Numbered from the stretch's first letter, positions 18,622-30,042 are shown. The stretch is 64,000 nucleotides of DNA from Nitrospirota bacterium (GCA_963796285.1 CAWCKW010000003.1:290128-354127), one strand, 5' to 3'. The notes: generated by a model from the sequence alone, not told the origin. Numbers and translations are program-made.

Positions 18622-20424
18622 ATGAAGAAGCTCCATTTCATCATACCAATTTGCATCTTATTCATGCTCCTGCTCCATTCCTGCAGCGGCGTGGGGCCGA
18701 CGCGCACGTCACTTGTCACCATCACCGTCGGAAGTTCCTCCAGCGCTGCCGTCCAGGTACAGCCCGCGAACACCTGGGCACGGTTTAAACACTTCATTGC
18801 GGGTCTGCTCCAGACCACCATAGCCACCGCAGCCATTCCGTCAGCGGTATCCGATATTAAAGTGACCGTGTCTGCAGCGGATATAACGAACATCATCTCA
18901 CTGGTTCCCGTTGCAGGGCTCCCGAGCGTCACTATCACCATCGAGGTCCCGAACGGCACAAACAGAACGTTCCTGGTGGAAGGGCTGGCCGCATCCGGCG
19001 TCGCGGCCTACCGCGGCCAGACAACCGCGGACCTTACCGGTGAGCCAGTCTCACTCGCGATCACCCTCACGGGAGTGAACTCGCCAACGTTCGCCGGTCT
19101 CGTCTCCGCGTCGATCTTGACCATATCGAGCTCACAACTGCAATGGAACGCGGCAGCAGACGTCGTATCTCCGTCTGCCAACATCGTGTATCTAATCTAT
19201 CAGGCGACAACGCCGACAGGGGAGCTCTTCACAACGCCGACGTATACGAGCCCGCCAGGTACAACCTCGTTCACGGTCTCGAACCTGACGCCCGGCACCA
19301 TCTATTACTTCGTGGTCAGGGCGATGAACGAGGCTGGCATCATCGACACCAATATGGTCGAACGGTCCTTTGTCTATCCCGGGTTGTATGTGGCAACGTC
19401 CGGAAGTGACACGACCGGAACAGGCGCGCAGGCCAACCCGTATCAGACCATATCGAAGGCCCTGACAGCAACTCCGGGGAACGAGGGTATTTTTGTCTCA
19501 GCGGGAACGTATACTCCGGTGACCACACTACAGCTCAAATCAGGTACCGCGTTGGCCTGCACGGGCCCAGGTCATACGACCATCATATACAGGCCGATCA
19601 GCGGGTCCCCGGTCGCTATCGCGGGGAACGTTGCAGCGATCATTGATGGCTGCACGGTGACGGAAACCGGATCGCTGGTAGTGAACCCTTTGATCGATGA
19701 TGCCTTGGGCGCTACGACGATCAATAATACCCTCGTGGAGTGCAGTTTGAACAACACCAATATCGGCATAGCATTACAAAATAATTCCGCGGTTATGAAC
19801 TCCAGAATGAGCAATTGTGCGTATAATGCGTCGCCTGGATACGGGATCAGCATTACCGGTGGAAGTGCCCTCATTTCGAGCAACACCTTTACCGCAAATA
19901 TCGGCGCAATACAGGTGTCCGGTGGAGCACCAACGATCACCAGCAATATGATCAATAACAACGTAAATGGCATTGTGGTTTCGGGAGGAACTTCAACGAT
20001 CAGCAGCAATACGATCGACAGCAACAGCTCAAGCGGGATTTCCCTGACTGGCGGGACGGCTTTAATCAATGACAATCAAGTTAGCACAAACGGTACCGGG
20101 ATATCGATATCCAATGTCAGCCCTGTGATCAATGGCAATACGATCATAAGCAACAGCACGGGAATATCGGTTATTGGCAGTCCTGCGTCACCCGCAATCA
20201 ACAACAACAGCATTTATTGTAATACCACTACGGATCTCAATCTTGCCGGCACGATCAGCGTCGATGCAACGGCAAACTCCTGGGATCACGACAGTAAGAC
20301 ATCACCCGTCGGGCCAACCACCGCCACAACGGGTTGCGCAGGTGGTGTTGATATCTGCTTAGGCGGCTCGGTCAGTTATTCTCCCACAATTTCGGCTGTG
20401 CCGGTACCACCCGCGTGCAGATGA
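18622..20424 (+). CDS. Lipoprotein with FN3, DUF1565 and right-handed parallel beta-helix domains
   Basis: Lipobox LLHSC. FN3 segment (VSNLTPGTIYYFVVRA). YVATSGSDTTGTG..NPYQTISKAL. Repeated I-x-x-N-x-I beta-helix rungs. Confidence 0.8.
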   Translation: MKKLHFIIPICILFMLLLHSCSGVGPTRTSLVTITVGSSSSAAVQVQPANTWARFKHFIAGLLQTTIATAAIPSAVSDIKVTVSAADITNIISLVPVAGLPSVTITIEVPNGTNRTFLVEGLAASGVAAYRGQTTADLTGEPVSLAITLTGVNSPTFAGLVSASILTISSSQLQWNAAADVVSPSANIVYLIYQATTPTGELFTTPTYTSPPGTTSFTVSNLTPGTIYYFVVRAMNEAGIIDTNMVERSFVYPGLYVATSGSDTTGTGAQANPYQTISKALTATPGNEGIFVSAGTYTPVTTLQLKSGTALACTGPGHTTIIYRPISGSPVAIAGNVAAIIDGCTVTETGSLVVNPLIDDALGATTINNTLVECSLNNTNIGIALQNNSAVMNSRMSNCAYNASPGYGISITGGSALISSNTFTANIGAIQVSGGAPTITSNMINNNVNGIVVSGGTSTISSNTIDSNSSSGISLTGGTALINDNQVSTNGTGISISNVSPVINGNTIISNSTGISVIGSPASPAINNNSIYCNTTTDLNLAGTISVDATANSWDHDSKTSPVGPTTATTGCAGGVDICLGGSVSYSPTISAVPVPPACR

Positions 20425-20462
20425 CATTTATTGCAGCACCTGCGAAAATAAAGGCTGAATGA

Positions 20463-22391
20463 ATGATCCCCTTCAAAAAACCTCACGTTGTCCTCATCTT
20501 CGGTGCCGTCTGTACCTCTCTGTTCCTCCTCCTGCATCTCTGGTCCCCGCGGTTCATTGAAGAGAACATCGAATCCGCATTCCTGGACTACCGGTTCAAG
20601 ATCCGAAACCTGCTCAAGCCGCCCGTGGTGCCCGAGAGCATCATGATCGTCGAGGTCGATGAAAAGAGCCTCGAGCGCTACGGCCGCTGGCCATGGAGGA
20701 GAACGCTCCAGGCACGGCTTATCAGCACGCTTGTGACAGGCGGTCCTGCGGTCCTTGCCGTTGACATCTTCTATCCCGAGCATGAAAATGCGAGGGCCGA
20801 TGCCGCGCTGGGCAGGGCCCTTGCACCGGCATACGGCAAGATCGTACTCGCGGCGGGATTTGACCTGGAGCCGGAAACTGGCCAGGACACCCCCGGTTAC
20901 CTGTTTGACAACGCGATCACCAGTATCAAGGACCAGTCGAGACTGAAGACTGTCGTGACCGTCACCAAGGGGAAGATGTCAATCCCGTCCCTGTCGGCAA
21001 ACACAGCACTTGGGCATGTGTTCAGCCCCGCAGACATGGATGGGAAATTGCGCTGGGAATGTTTGTATGTGAAATATGGGGGCGAGCTGTATCCGTCGCT
21101 TTCCCTGATAACGGCCGCATACTCGATGGGAAAGGATGTGACCGCGTTGACCGTCCATGCCGGGCGGGGTGTTCAGCTCGGAGATACCTTCATCCCCTCC
21201 GACGCGTCGGGACGGATGCGAATTAATTATCTCGGCCCTGAAAGGACTTTTCATTCTGTATCAGCCGCTGACGTGCTGGATGGGCGGGTACCTCTATCGG
21301 TTTTCCAGAACAAGATCGTGTTCCTCGGCACATCAGCGCTCTCAACGTTTGATTTCGCAGTCACCCCTTTTTCTGCGCGCATGCCCGGCGTTGAAAAGAA
21401 CGCCACCGTGTCCGCTAACATCCTGGAAAAGAGCTTCATTCATGACGTCCCGGTTTCCGTTGCGTCGCTGATCATCCTGTTTACCGGATTGGCGCTTACG
21501 GTGCTGTTCTCCCGGTTCCAGGCATCCCGGGTGATCGGCGCAGCCGCTTTTCTGATGATTGCTTATGTGGTCGTCAACCAGTATCTCTTTAGCTATCAGG
21601 GGCTGTACCTGAATTTTGTCTATCCGTTTTTCAACCTGGTCCTGATCGCGGGGTTCTCCGGCTCGTTCAAATATCTTACCGAGGAACGCAGGGCGCACGA
21701 ACTCAAAGCCATGTTTAGCCGCTATGTTTCCCCCAAGATCGTGGAGCAGCTCATCGCGCATCCTGAGATGGCGAAGCTTGGCGGCTATCGCAAGGAGGTT
21801 ACGGTGCTGTTTTCCGATGTGCGCGGCTTCACCACCTTCTCCGAGCACAGGCAGCCAGAGGAGGTCGTAGCCCATCTGAACGAGTATCTCCGCGAGATGA
21901 CGAACCTCATCTTCCGGTGGGACGGAACCCTTGACAAGTTTGTAGGTGACGAGATCATGGCATTCTGGGGAGCGCCGCTCGACCAGCCGAACCACGCCGA
22001 GCTGGCGGTCAAATGCGCGCTGAACATGTCGAACCGGCTTGATCAGCTTCAAAAGAAATGGCGGGACGAGGGCAAGGCTCCGCTGGACATCGGCATCGGG
22101 CTGAATACCGGATCAGTGCTCATCGGCAATATCGGTTCAGCGGACAAAAAAATGGATTTCACGATCATCGGCGACCATGTAAACCTCGGCGCCCGCGTCG
22201 AGAGACTCACGCGGAAGTATGATTCTCGCATCCTGATCACGGAGTTTACCATGGCCAAGATCGAGCACTTGATCAAAGAAGGGACGCTGTGGCGCGTCGA
22301 GATGAAGGAGATCGACGCGGTAACGGTGAAAGGAAAGGATGTCTCGGTCAAGATCTTCAGCATAGCATCAAAACCTTCCCCGGAAAAATAA
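20463..22391 (+). CDS. CHASE2-domain class III adenylate cyclase
   Basis: CHASE2 (GRWPWRR, DMDGKLR, MPGVE), three TM helices, then FSDVRGFT, DKFVGD and TIIGDHVNLGARVE. The Lys of DKFVGD indicates ATP specificity. Confidence 0.92.
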   Translation: MIPFKKPHVVLIFGAVCTSLFLLLHLWSPRFIEENIESAFLDYRFKIRNLLKPPVVPESIMIVEVDEKSLERYGRWPWRRTLQARLISTLVTGGPAVLAVDIFYPEHENARADAALGRALAPAYGKIVLAAGFDLEPETGQDTPGYLFDNAITSIKDQSRLKTVVTVTKGKMSIPSLSANTALGHVFSPADMDGKLRWECLYVKYGGELYPSLSLITAAYSMGKDVTALTVHAGRGVQLGDTFIPSDASGRMRINYLGPERTFHSVSAADVLDGRVPLSVFQNKIVFLGTSALSTFDFAVTPFSARMPGVEKNATVSANILEKSFIHDVPVSVASLIILFTGLALTVLFSRFQASRVIGAAAFLMIAYVVVNQYLFSYQGLYLNFVYPFFNLVLIAGFSGSFKYLTEERRAHELKAMFSRYVSPKIVEQLIAHPEMAKLGGYRKEVTVLFSDVRGFTTFSEHRQPEEVVAHLNEYLREMTNLIFRWDGTLDKFVGDEIMAFWGAPLDQPNHAELAVKCALNMSNRLDQLQKKWRDEGKAPLDIGIGLNTGSVLIGNIGSADKKMDFTIIGDHVNLGARVERLTRKYDSRILITEFTMAKIEHLIKEGTLWRVEMKEIDAVTVKGKDVSVKIFSIASKPSPEK

Positions 22392-22584
22392 TGCATCCCT
22401 GCGTCAGGCTCTCCCGCGCCTCCTAACCAGGGCAGACGACCGCGGATGTACGAGGAGTAAAGCGGATTTTCTCAAGCCTGGCCCCGGATCAGCAAGTCGT
22501 CATGCCGGTTAATTCCCCCACAGGATCATTGCAGCAGTGCATCAAAAAACTGCGTTCATCTGCGTCTACCTGCTGTAGGTCGGG

Positions 22585-23547
22585 TTATCCCCTCAGATGG
22601 CAATCAACGAAATGACCGTTACCAAGGTCGGTTGTCTTCGGTACGGTCTTGTCGCAAGGCTCGAAGCGGTAGATGCAGCGGGTGTGAAAGCGGCATCCGG
22701 TCGGGATCTGTGTAGGGCTTGGGATATCACCCTTGAGCAGGATGTGCTGCTTTTTCACCGTGGGATCGGCAACCGGGATGTCAGCCAGAAGCGCTTCGGT
22801 GTAGGGATGGGAAGGGTTCTTGTAGATCCCTTCAGCGGGCGCGATCTCCATGATCTTGCCGAGGTACATCACGGCAACACGGTCCGAGAAGTGGCGCACG
22901 ATGTTCAGATCGTGGGCAATGAACAGGAACGAAAGTTTCAGCTCCTCCCGCAGGTCCCCAAGCAAGTTGATGATCTGAGCCTGGACCGACACATCGAGCG
23001 CCGAGACCGGCTCGTCAGCCACGATGAACGACGGCCCGCTCGCAAGTGCGCGAGCAATGCCGATGCGCTGGCGCTGGCCGCCGGAGAACTCGTGCGGGTA
23101 CCGCCGCAGAGCATCAACCGGCAGCCCTACTTTTTCGAGCAGGGCAGCTCCCCGCGCTTCTAGCGCATCGTCTTTCGCCAGGCCGTGGATCACGAGCGGC
23201 TCGGTGATGATCTCCTGAATGCGCATGCGGGGATTGAGCGATGCAAAAGGGTCCTGGAAGATGATCTGCATCTTTTTCCGGAGCTCCCTGAGTTCCTGCT
23301 TGCGGAGCGAGCCCAGGTCCTTCCCCTCGAACGAGACGCTTCCGGATGTAGGCTCCAGCAGCCTGAGCGCAAGCCTGCCGAGTGTTGACTTGCCGCACCC
23401 GCTCTCACCCACAAGGCCGACGGCCTCGCCGCGACCCACCGAGAGCGTAACACCGTCCACAGCCGTCGCCCGCATGGTCCTGCCCAGTCCGGCTTTCACG
23501 GGAAACGTTTTTCTCAGATTCTCTATATGAAGAAGAACGTCATTCAT
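22585..23547 (-). CDS. oppF: Oligopeptide/dipeptide ABC transporter ATPase (OppF/DppF type)
   Basis: GESGCGKST, FSGGQRQR, HPYT and a C-terminal Cys cluster. Confidence 0.9.
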   Translation of the reverse strand: MNDVLLHIENLRKTFPVKAGLGRTMRATAVDGVTLSVGRGEAVGLVGESGCGKSTLGRLALRLLEPTSGSVSFEGKDLGSLRKQELRELRKKMQIIFQDPFASLNPRMRIQEIITEPLVIHGLAKDDALEARGAALLEKVGLPVDALRRYPHEFSGGQRQRIGIARALASGPSFIVADEPVSALDVSVQAQIINLLGDLREELKLSFLFIAHDLNIVRHFSDRVAVMYLGKIMEIAPAEGIYKNPSHPYTEALLADIPVADPTVKKQHILLKGDIPSPTQIPTGCRFHTRCIYRFEPCDKTVPKTTDLGNGHFVDCHLRG

Positions 23548-23681
23548 CTAAATGCCAAAATTCAAATTACACAACTCGAATAATTCCCTGTCATAAGTTC
23601 TCAGTCGTTAAACAGTCTATATGTTACTTATTGCGGTTTGGAGCTCACTTGTCATTTGCTGCTTGGCAATTGGAGCTTGTT

Positions 23682-24641
<960 letters not shown>

Positions 24642-24654
24642 AAGCGGCGCTCCG

Positions 24655-25380
24655 TCAGGGCTGTTGGGGTTTGACGAAATTCAGGTACGTCCTCACGGCG
24701 GAGTTGTCAGGATCGTATAAAAGCGCCTCCTGCCACTCCTCCTCGGCGAGACCGACGAACCCCTGCGAATAATAGGTGATGCCGAGGTGCAGCCGCGCAG
24801 CAATGTAGCGGGGATTGCTTATCTTGGCGCGGTTAAATTCCTTGATGGCCTCGTCGTAGTGCCCCTGGTCACGCAAGGCAATGCCGAGCTGCGTGATGAT
24901 ATCGGCAAAATTCGGCGAAAGGCGCAGGGCCTTTTTATATTCGTCGATCGCCTCATCCAGGAGCCGCAGACCATAGTACATGTTCCCAAGCCGCAAATGC
25001 TCGGCCGCGAGCTTGCCTTTGATGAAGGGGTCGATTCCGGAGGCCGCGGAGGTCTTGTCCGCCGTCAACTCGGTGAAGTGGGCAGCGCGCTCAAAGACCT
25101 GGCGAGCCCTCTCATACATGCCGAGGTCGCTGTACGTAATAGCCAGATTGAGCGACGCCTCGGTGTACCCGGCATTCAGGTCTAGCGCCTTTTCAAAGGA
25201 CTGTGCGGCGAGTTTGAGCCGGTTGGTCTGGTTATAGATGATCCCCAACTTGTTCTGAATGTCGGCGAACCGGGGATTAATGGCCAGGAGGTCCTGAAAG
25301 ATACGCCCTGCCTTTTCGTAATCCTTAGCATCGAACGCCTCCATCCCCTGCTTGTACAGCTCATCGAGCTTTGTCTGCAT
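24655..25380 (-). CDS. Tetratricopeptide repeat protein
   Basis: Multiple TPRs (NPRFADIQNKLG, SPNFADIITQLG). Start MQTK at 25380. Confidence 0.85.
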   Translation of the reverse strand: MQTKLDELYKQGMEAFDAKDYEKAGRIFQDLLAINPRFADIQNKLGIIYNQTNRLKLAAQSFEKALDLNAGYTEASLNLAITYSDLGMYERARQVFERAAHFTELTADKTSAASGIDPFIKGKLAAEHLRLGNMYYGLRLLDEAIDEYKKALRLSPNFADIITQLGIALRDQGHYDEAIKEFNRAKISNPRYIAARLHLGITYYSQGFVGLAEEEWQEALLYDPDNSAVRTYLNFVKPQQP

Positions 25381-25865
25381 GTTCACCCCGTCCAGATAAG
25401 ATAGTTGGCGTGTTGTTCCGAATGTAAAAAATTTATCACACCTCGGCATGACATGTCAATGGAAAACCAAGAGAAGCGTTTTGCATATGTTCGCTCTATT
25501 CGCCATATAGGTTCACGCAGATAGACATGATAGTTTCCCACTGTGCAAACCAGGACACAAAGAAGAATTGAAAAATTATAGGGTTGATCTAACACCTGAT
25601 TTACTCTGATTTCTCTTCGTGCCGGAGCCTGCTGCCGATCTGATCTTGGCTGCTTTCGTGGTATACGTGGCATACGTGGTTCAGATGTGTACGGACGAGG
25701 ACGTTGAACTTGATTTGACAGCTATTGATAATATTGTTTTTTTTACTCCCAACTGTGTCTTCATGGCAACATTACCTTACCGAAATAGAGTCATTTTAAC
25801 CACTGCATACGTTTCATCACTATTTAACATGTTGATTTTAAATAATTTTAATAGAAACAAATAAA

Positions 25866-25881
25866 TGGCATACCTATTGCT
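25866..25881 (+). promoter_or_regulatory. sigma54 (-24/-12) promoter of lpxC
   Basis: TGGCAT-ACCTA-TTGCT with an AT-rich upstream tract. Confidence 0.8.
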
Positions 25882-25912
25882 ATTGTCTATGGTGAAAAAA
25901 GGGCATATCATC

Positions 25913-26821
25913 ATGATAAGATATCAGCGAACAATAAAGAACAACATCCTCTGCAAAGGCATCGGTTTGCATACCGGTAAGACCGGGCAGATGACGCTTA
26001 AGCCCGCTTCGGCGGGCACCGGCGTAGTATTCATCCGGACCGACCTGTCCAACACCCGGATCAGGGCCATGGCCGCCAATACCGATTCCACAAGCTATGC
26101 CACCACGCTCAGCCAGAACAACGCGTCCGTGAAAACCGTTGAGCACCTGCTCGCGGCCTTCGCCGGGCTCAATATTGACAACGTGTACGTTGAGATCGAT
26201 ACTGAAGAAGTGCCGATCATGGACGGGAGCGCGCGGCCTTTCGTGAAGCTCATCGCCGATGCCGGCATTGTGACCCAGGAAATGGCCCAACCCGCGCTCA
26301 AGGTCATTAAACCAATCTTCGTGCGCGAGGGGAACAAGCACCTCGCAATCTGGCCCTCGGAGACAACGAGCATTTCCTACTTCATCGACTTCAACCATCC
26401 CCTGCTCAAAGAACAGAGCCTGCAGTATCAGCCCACGGAAGAGACGTTCCTGCGCGAGATATCAGAAGCCCGCACGTTTGGATTTATGAGCGACGTCAAG
26501 ACCCTCCAGGCCAACGGCCTGGCAAAGGGCGCGTCTCTGGAAAACGCCGTGGCGCTCGGCGAGGACTCGATCCTGAATGAGGACGGCCTGCGGTACCGGG
26601 ACGAGTTCGTGCGCCACAAGATCCTCGACCTCATCGGCGACCTTTCTTTGGCAGGCATGCCGATCATCGGCCACATTGTCGCGCATAAATCCGGACACGG
26701 TCTGAACGCGCAGATGGTCAGCAAACTTCTGAACAGTCCGCAGAACTGGATCCTGGTAGGTACTCCGGAGAATGCCGGCGTCCATCAGCAGGAGCCGGTT
26801 CTCCAGCAAGCCGCGTTATAA
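25913..26821 (+). CDS. lpxC: UDP-3-O-acyl-N-acetylglucosamine deacetylase
   Basis: QRT..GIGLHTG, TVEHLLAA, PIMDGSA, ARTFGF, RHKILDLIGD, GH. Confidence 0.97.
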   Translation: MIRYQRTIKNNILCKGIGLHTGKTGQMTLKPASAGTGVVFIRTDLSNTRIRAMAANTDSTSYATTLSQNNASVKTVEHLLAAFAGLNIDNVYVEIDTEEVPIMDGSARPFVKLIADAGIVTQEMAQPALKVIKPIFVREGNKHLAIWPSETTSISYFIDFNHPLLKEQSLQYQPTEETFLREISEARTFGFMSDVKTLQANGLAKGASLENAVALGEDSILNEDGLRYRDEFVRHKILDLIGDLSLAGMPIIGHIVAHKSGHGLNAQMVSKLLNSPQNWILVGTPENAGVHQQEPVLQQAAL

Positions 26822-26851
26822 TATCAAGTCTGTTCCCTTTTCCAAAAAGCG

Positions 26852-26886
26852 AAAGCCGACGTTCAAATTGAACGTCGGCTTTTTTG
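26852..26886 (+). terminator. Rho-independent terminator after lpxC
   Basis: AAAGCCGACGTTCAA/TTGAACGTCGGCTTT followed by a T tract. Confidence 0.85.
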
Positions 26887-27032
26887 TTTGGACTGGATTG
26901 GATTTCAGAGCTGTTTCAAACAGAGACACCCGGCAGGCATTTCTCTTTCCGCATTCAAACGAATTTGAGTATCGGCAAGGTTTATGCCTGCTGCGGATAT
27001 TGCGCCAAGACCTGTTATTAAAATCAAGGAGT

Positions 27033-27449
27033 CTACTCGTTTTTATTGACTTCGATAGCGGTCAACTGTTGATCCCCGCCGGAATTGAAAGTCAACCTGC
27101 CCTCTTTTTTGTATGAGCATTCCACCACCCAACGGTCATCCCCAAAATAAAACGGGATGTGCGCTTTGCCTGTGGGACGTTGCCATTGGTTGTCCGGTCT
27201 ACCTATCTTGGCAAATACTTCTTTCATGGTCATGCCGACTTTCAGCTTGGCAAATTTGCTGCCGCGCGCAGGAGTGCCGATCACGCCATTTTTGCTTTCA
27301 TCTTTCTTGTCGGCCTTTTCGGATTTCTCTTGTTTCTGGGGCGTAGCAGTATCATCCTTGGACTTGTTATGCACGCAGCCCGCAAGTACCGCAAGCACAG
27401 TAAGCGCACTGAGCGCAACAATAAAACTCTTCTTGATATCCATGTTCAT
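27033..27449 (-). CDS. Small lipoprotein, BamE/SmpA-like fold
   Basis: AGGAGG SD, lipobox LAGC, and KLKVGMTMKEVFAKIGRPD. Confidence 0.75.
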   Translation of the reverse strand: MNMDIKKSFIVALSALTVLAVLAGCVHNKSKDDTATPQKQEKSEKADKKDESKNGVIGTPARGSKFAKLKVGMTMKEVFAKIGRPDNQWQRPTGKAHIPFYFGDDRWVVECSYKKEGRLTFNSGGDQQLTAIEVNKNE

Positions 27450-27648
27450 GGCAACCCCTCCTGTTTTTAATGACATATATTTGATTTCTTCTTTATAACC
27501 ATTTGCAAAATCTAAGTCAATGTATTTATTGCTAGCCCTCTTCAGATATTCCAACGCCGCCGTGAGGGACGCGTTTTTCAGCGACCCTCTCGACGGCATC
27601 GTTGGATCATTGCGTCGAGTTGCGCTCTAATGTCCTCGACCTACGGCA

Positions 27649-28104
27649 CTATTCGCTTTTGTTTTCTATTCCGTATGCGAACACCGCACCTTTAACAGCA
27701 TTGAGCATCCGTTCGAGACGTAGGGTCAGAACTCTTTGAGTGAACGGACTAAATAGAAAAAATTTCCCGGCTTTGCTTGTTATACCGACTTCCACCTCGG
27801 TTCGACTTGCCTTCTCATGAACATAAATCGGATAGAGGGAACCATAGCTATTCCATGAGATTCTTTCGTTTAATATTACTGCAAGATTCTTTTCGTCGAA
27901 GTCATCAATTCGATAGCGGTTTTGCGTCGCGAATGCCATTATTGCTTTAAACGTTTCGATGGGCGAACGATTCGTGAAAAATGTCTCGCTATAATGTGCT
28001 GTCGTTTTTTTAAGTGATCCTTTTCGAATTTGATCATTGATTAAATAGAGTGCAATAATCCAAAGCGGGAGTAGGTACGGAATGTAATCTATCATCATGC
28101 TCAC
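27649..28104 (-). CDS. Hypothetical membrane-anchored protein (AT-rich)
   Basis: 151-aa ORF with an N-terminal TM segment and no recognised motif. Confidence 0.6.
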   Translation of the reverse strand: MSMMIDYIPYLLPLWIIALYLINDQIRKGSLKKTTAHYSETFFTNRSPIETFKAIMAFATQNRYRIDDFDEKNLAVILNERISWNSYGSLYPIYVHEKASRTEVEVGITSKAGKFFLFSPFTQRVLTLRLERMLNAVKGAVFAYGIENKSE

Positions 28105-28435
28105 CCTTAAAGTGATAATAAATATTTTAAATTGTCACGAAACAATGCGAAATGAGAAACTACAATCAGTTATTGATGGGATGGAATCATGCATCTACAT
28201 ATATATGCAAGCATATACAGGTAGATGCTTTTCTAGCATGCGTGCCACGAATATATATCCGATTTTCAGAGATGTCAATAAAATCGAATCAGTATATCGA
28301 ATCAGTATTTACGGGTATGCATTAACAAATTCAGGTTGATACTTTATGAGATTGGAGGAAAGGCAATTTCACCGACTACAGGAAGGAGTCTTTACATGTT
28401 TTGATAAAAAGCTGTGTGTTTCTCGGCGAGAAGAA

Positions 28436-29110
28436 CTACCTTCTGCTTTTCAGATATTCTTCCATGATCGCAACGCCCGCGCTGGTGCCGATACGCTCGG
28501 CGCCGGCCTCGATCAAAGAGGTGAGCGATGCAAGGTCCTTGATCCCGCCCGATGCCTTGATGCGGCATGCGGACCCGACAGCCTGGCGGATAAGATGAAT
28601 GTCCTCAACCGTTGCACCCCGGGGCCCATATCCTGTCGAGGTCTTGATGAACTCAGCGCCGGCGCTTACCGCGATCCGGCACACGCGGCTGATCTCATCA
28701 TGCGTCAGGCTGCCGGTCTCGATGATGACCTTGTGAATCTTCTGCGGCGTCATGGCGATCACGTTCTTGAGGTCGACCTCGACGACGTTGAACTGCTCCG
28801 ATTTCACCATGCCGATGTTGATGACGATGTCGAGCTCACTGGCGCCGTTCTTCATGGCCTCCATGGCCTCGACGATCTTTACCGTAGTCGTGTTCGCGCC
28901 GTGAGGAAAGCCAACGACCGAGCAGACCTTCACGAGCGTACCGGACAACAGCTCCCGTGCCTGCGCCACATAACAACCATTCACTACCACACACGCGAAG
29001 CCGTACTTTCTGGCGGCCTTGCAGGTCTCGGCAAGGTCGTTAAGCGTCGCGTCCGGTCTGACCAGCGTGTGGTCGATGACCTGCGCTAAATGGCCTGCGT
29101 CTTTAAACAC
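28436..29110 (-). CDS. deoC: Deoxyribose-phosphate aldolase
   Basis: IDHTL, VVGFPHG, KVIIET, FIKTSTG, IKASGGI, RIGTS. Confidence 0.95.
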   Translation of the reverse strand: MFKDAGHLAQVIDHTLVRPDATLNDLAETCKAARKYGFACVVVNGCYVAQARELLSGTLVKVCSVVGFPHGANTTTVKIVEAMEAMKNGASELDIVINIGMVKSEQFNVVEVDLKNVIAMTPQKIHKVIIETGSLTHDEISRVCRIAVSAGAEFIKTSTGYGPRGATVEDIHLIRQAVGSACRIKASGGIKDLASLTSLIEAGAERIGTSAGVAIMEEYLKSRR

Positions 29111-29958
29111 GCGCGCACCTCTTTCCGATAGGCCTGGTGCAGGGCGGCCGTGACCGGGCCGGGGGTTCCCTTCCCGATCTTCTTCTCATCTATGGTCGTT
29201 ACCGGCATGATCTCCATGGTCGTGTTCGTGATGAAACACTCGTTCGATGCTCTGAGGTCCTTTGGCCGGAGCATGACTTCCCTTACCGGGATCTTTTTTC
29301 GTTTCGCGAGACGAATCACCAGATCGCGCGTAACACCCTCGAGAATGCCGGTGTCCAGGTGGGGAGTATACAGGACCCCCTTTCTGACCATGAAGATGTT
29401 GCTGATGGTCCCTTCTGCAACATAGCCTTCCCAGTTGAGCATGATCCCTTCGTACGCGCCGGCCTGAATGGCCTCGATCTTGGCAAGGATATTGTTCAGA
29501 AAGTTCGTGCCCTTGACGGACGGCGGGAGCGCAAGCGGGTGGTTGCGACGTGTTGTTACGACCGCGACAGAAACCCCATGTTCATAGTATGCAGCGGGAT
29601 AGTCGTGGAACGGTTTGGCGACGATCACCATGGTCGGCGCGACGCAGAGGGCCGGATCGAGCCCGATCTCACCGGGGCCGCGGGAGAGATGGAGCCGGAC
29701 ATAGGCCTCCTGGAGCTTGTTGATGCTCAGCGCTTCATTCAGCGCGTCTCCGATCTTGTCGAGCCGCATGGGAAGCTTGAGGGATATGGCATCGGCGGAG
29801 TGCTTCAGACGGGAGAGGTGCCTCTTGAGGAGAAAGAACTTCCCCCCGTACGCGCGCATGGTCTCGTAGATCCCATCGCCGTAAAGGAAACCGTGATCGA
29901 AAACTGAAACCCGCGCCTGTTCCTTGGCCACAAAGCGGCCGTTGAGATATACGAGCAT
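29086..29958 (-). CDS. Class IV PLP aminotransferase (branched-chain aminotransferase/ADC lyase family)
   Basis: VFDHGFLYGDGIYET, EGTISNIF, ILEGVTR. Confidence 0.9.
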   Translation of the reverse strand: MLVYLNGRFVAKEQARVSVFDHGFLYGDGIYETMRAYGGKFFLLKRHLSRLKHSADAISLKLPMRLDKIGDALNEALSINKLQEAYVRLHLSRGPGEIGLDPALCVAPTMVIVAKPFHDYPAAYYEHGVSVAVVTTRRNHPLALPPSVKGTNFLNNILAKIEAIQAGAYEGIMLNWEGYVAEGTISNIFMVRKGVLYTPHLDTGILEGVTRDLVIRLAKRKKIPVREVMLRPKDLRASNECFITNTTMEIMPVTTIDEKKIGKGTPGPVTAALHQAYRKEVRACLKTQAI

Positions 29959-30042
29959 GTTAAAAAAGTAGCATTAATGTGTTTGAGAGTCAAGAAGGAA
30001 AGGAAGGAAAAGCGGCACCAATGCTGGTTTTCCAGGATTGCA

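Noticed and set aside
25657-25680. Short tandem CGTGGYATA repeats upstream of lpxC
   Set aside because: There are only about 2.5 copies of a 9-mer. It could be an activator site, but this cannot be supported from sequence alone.
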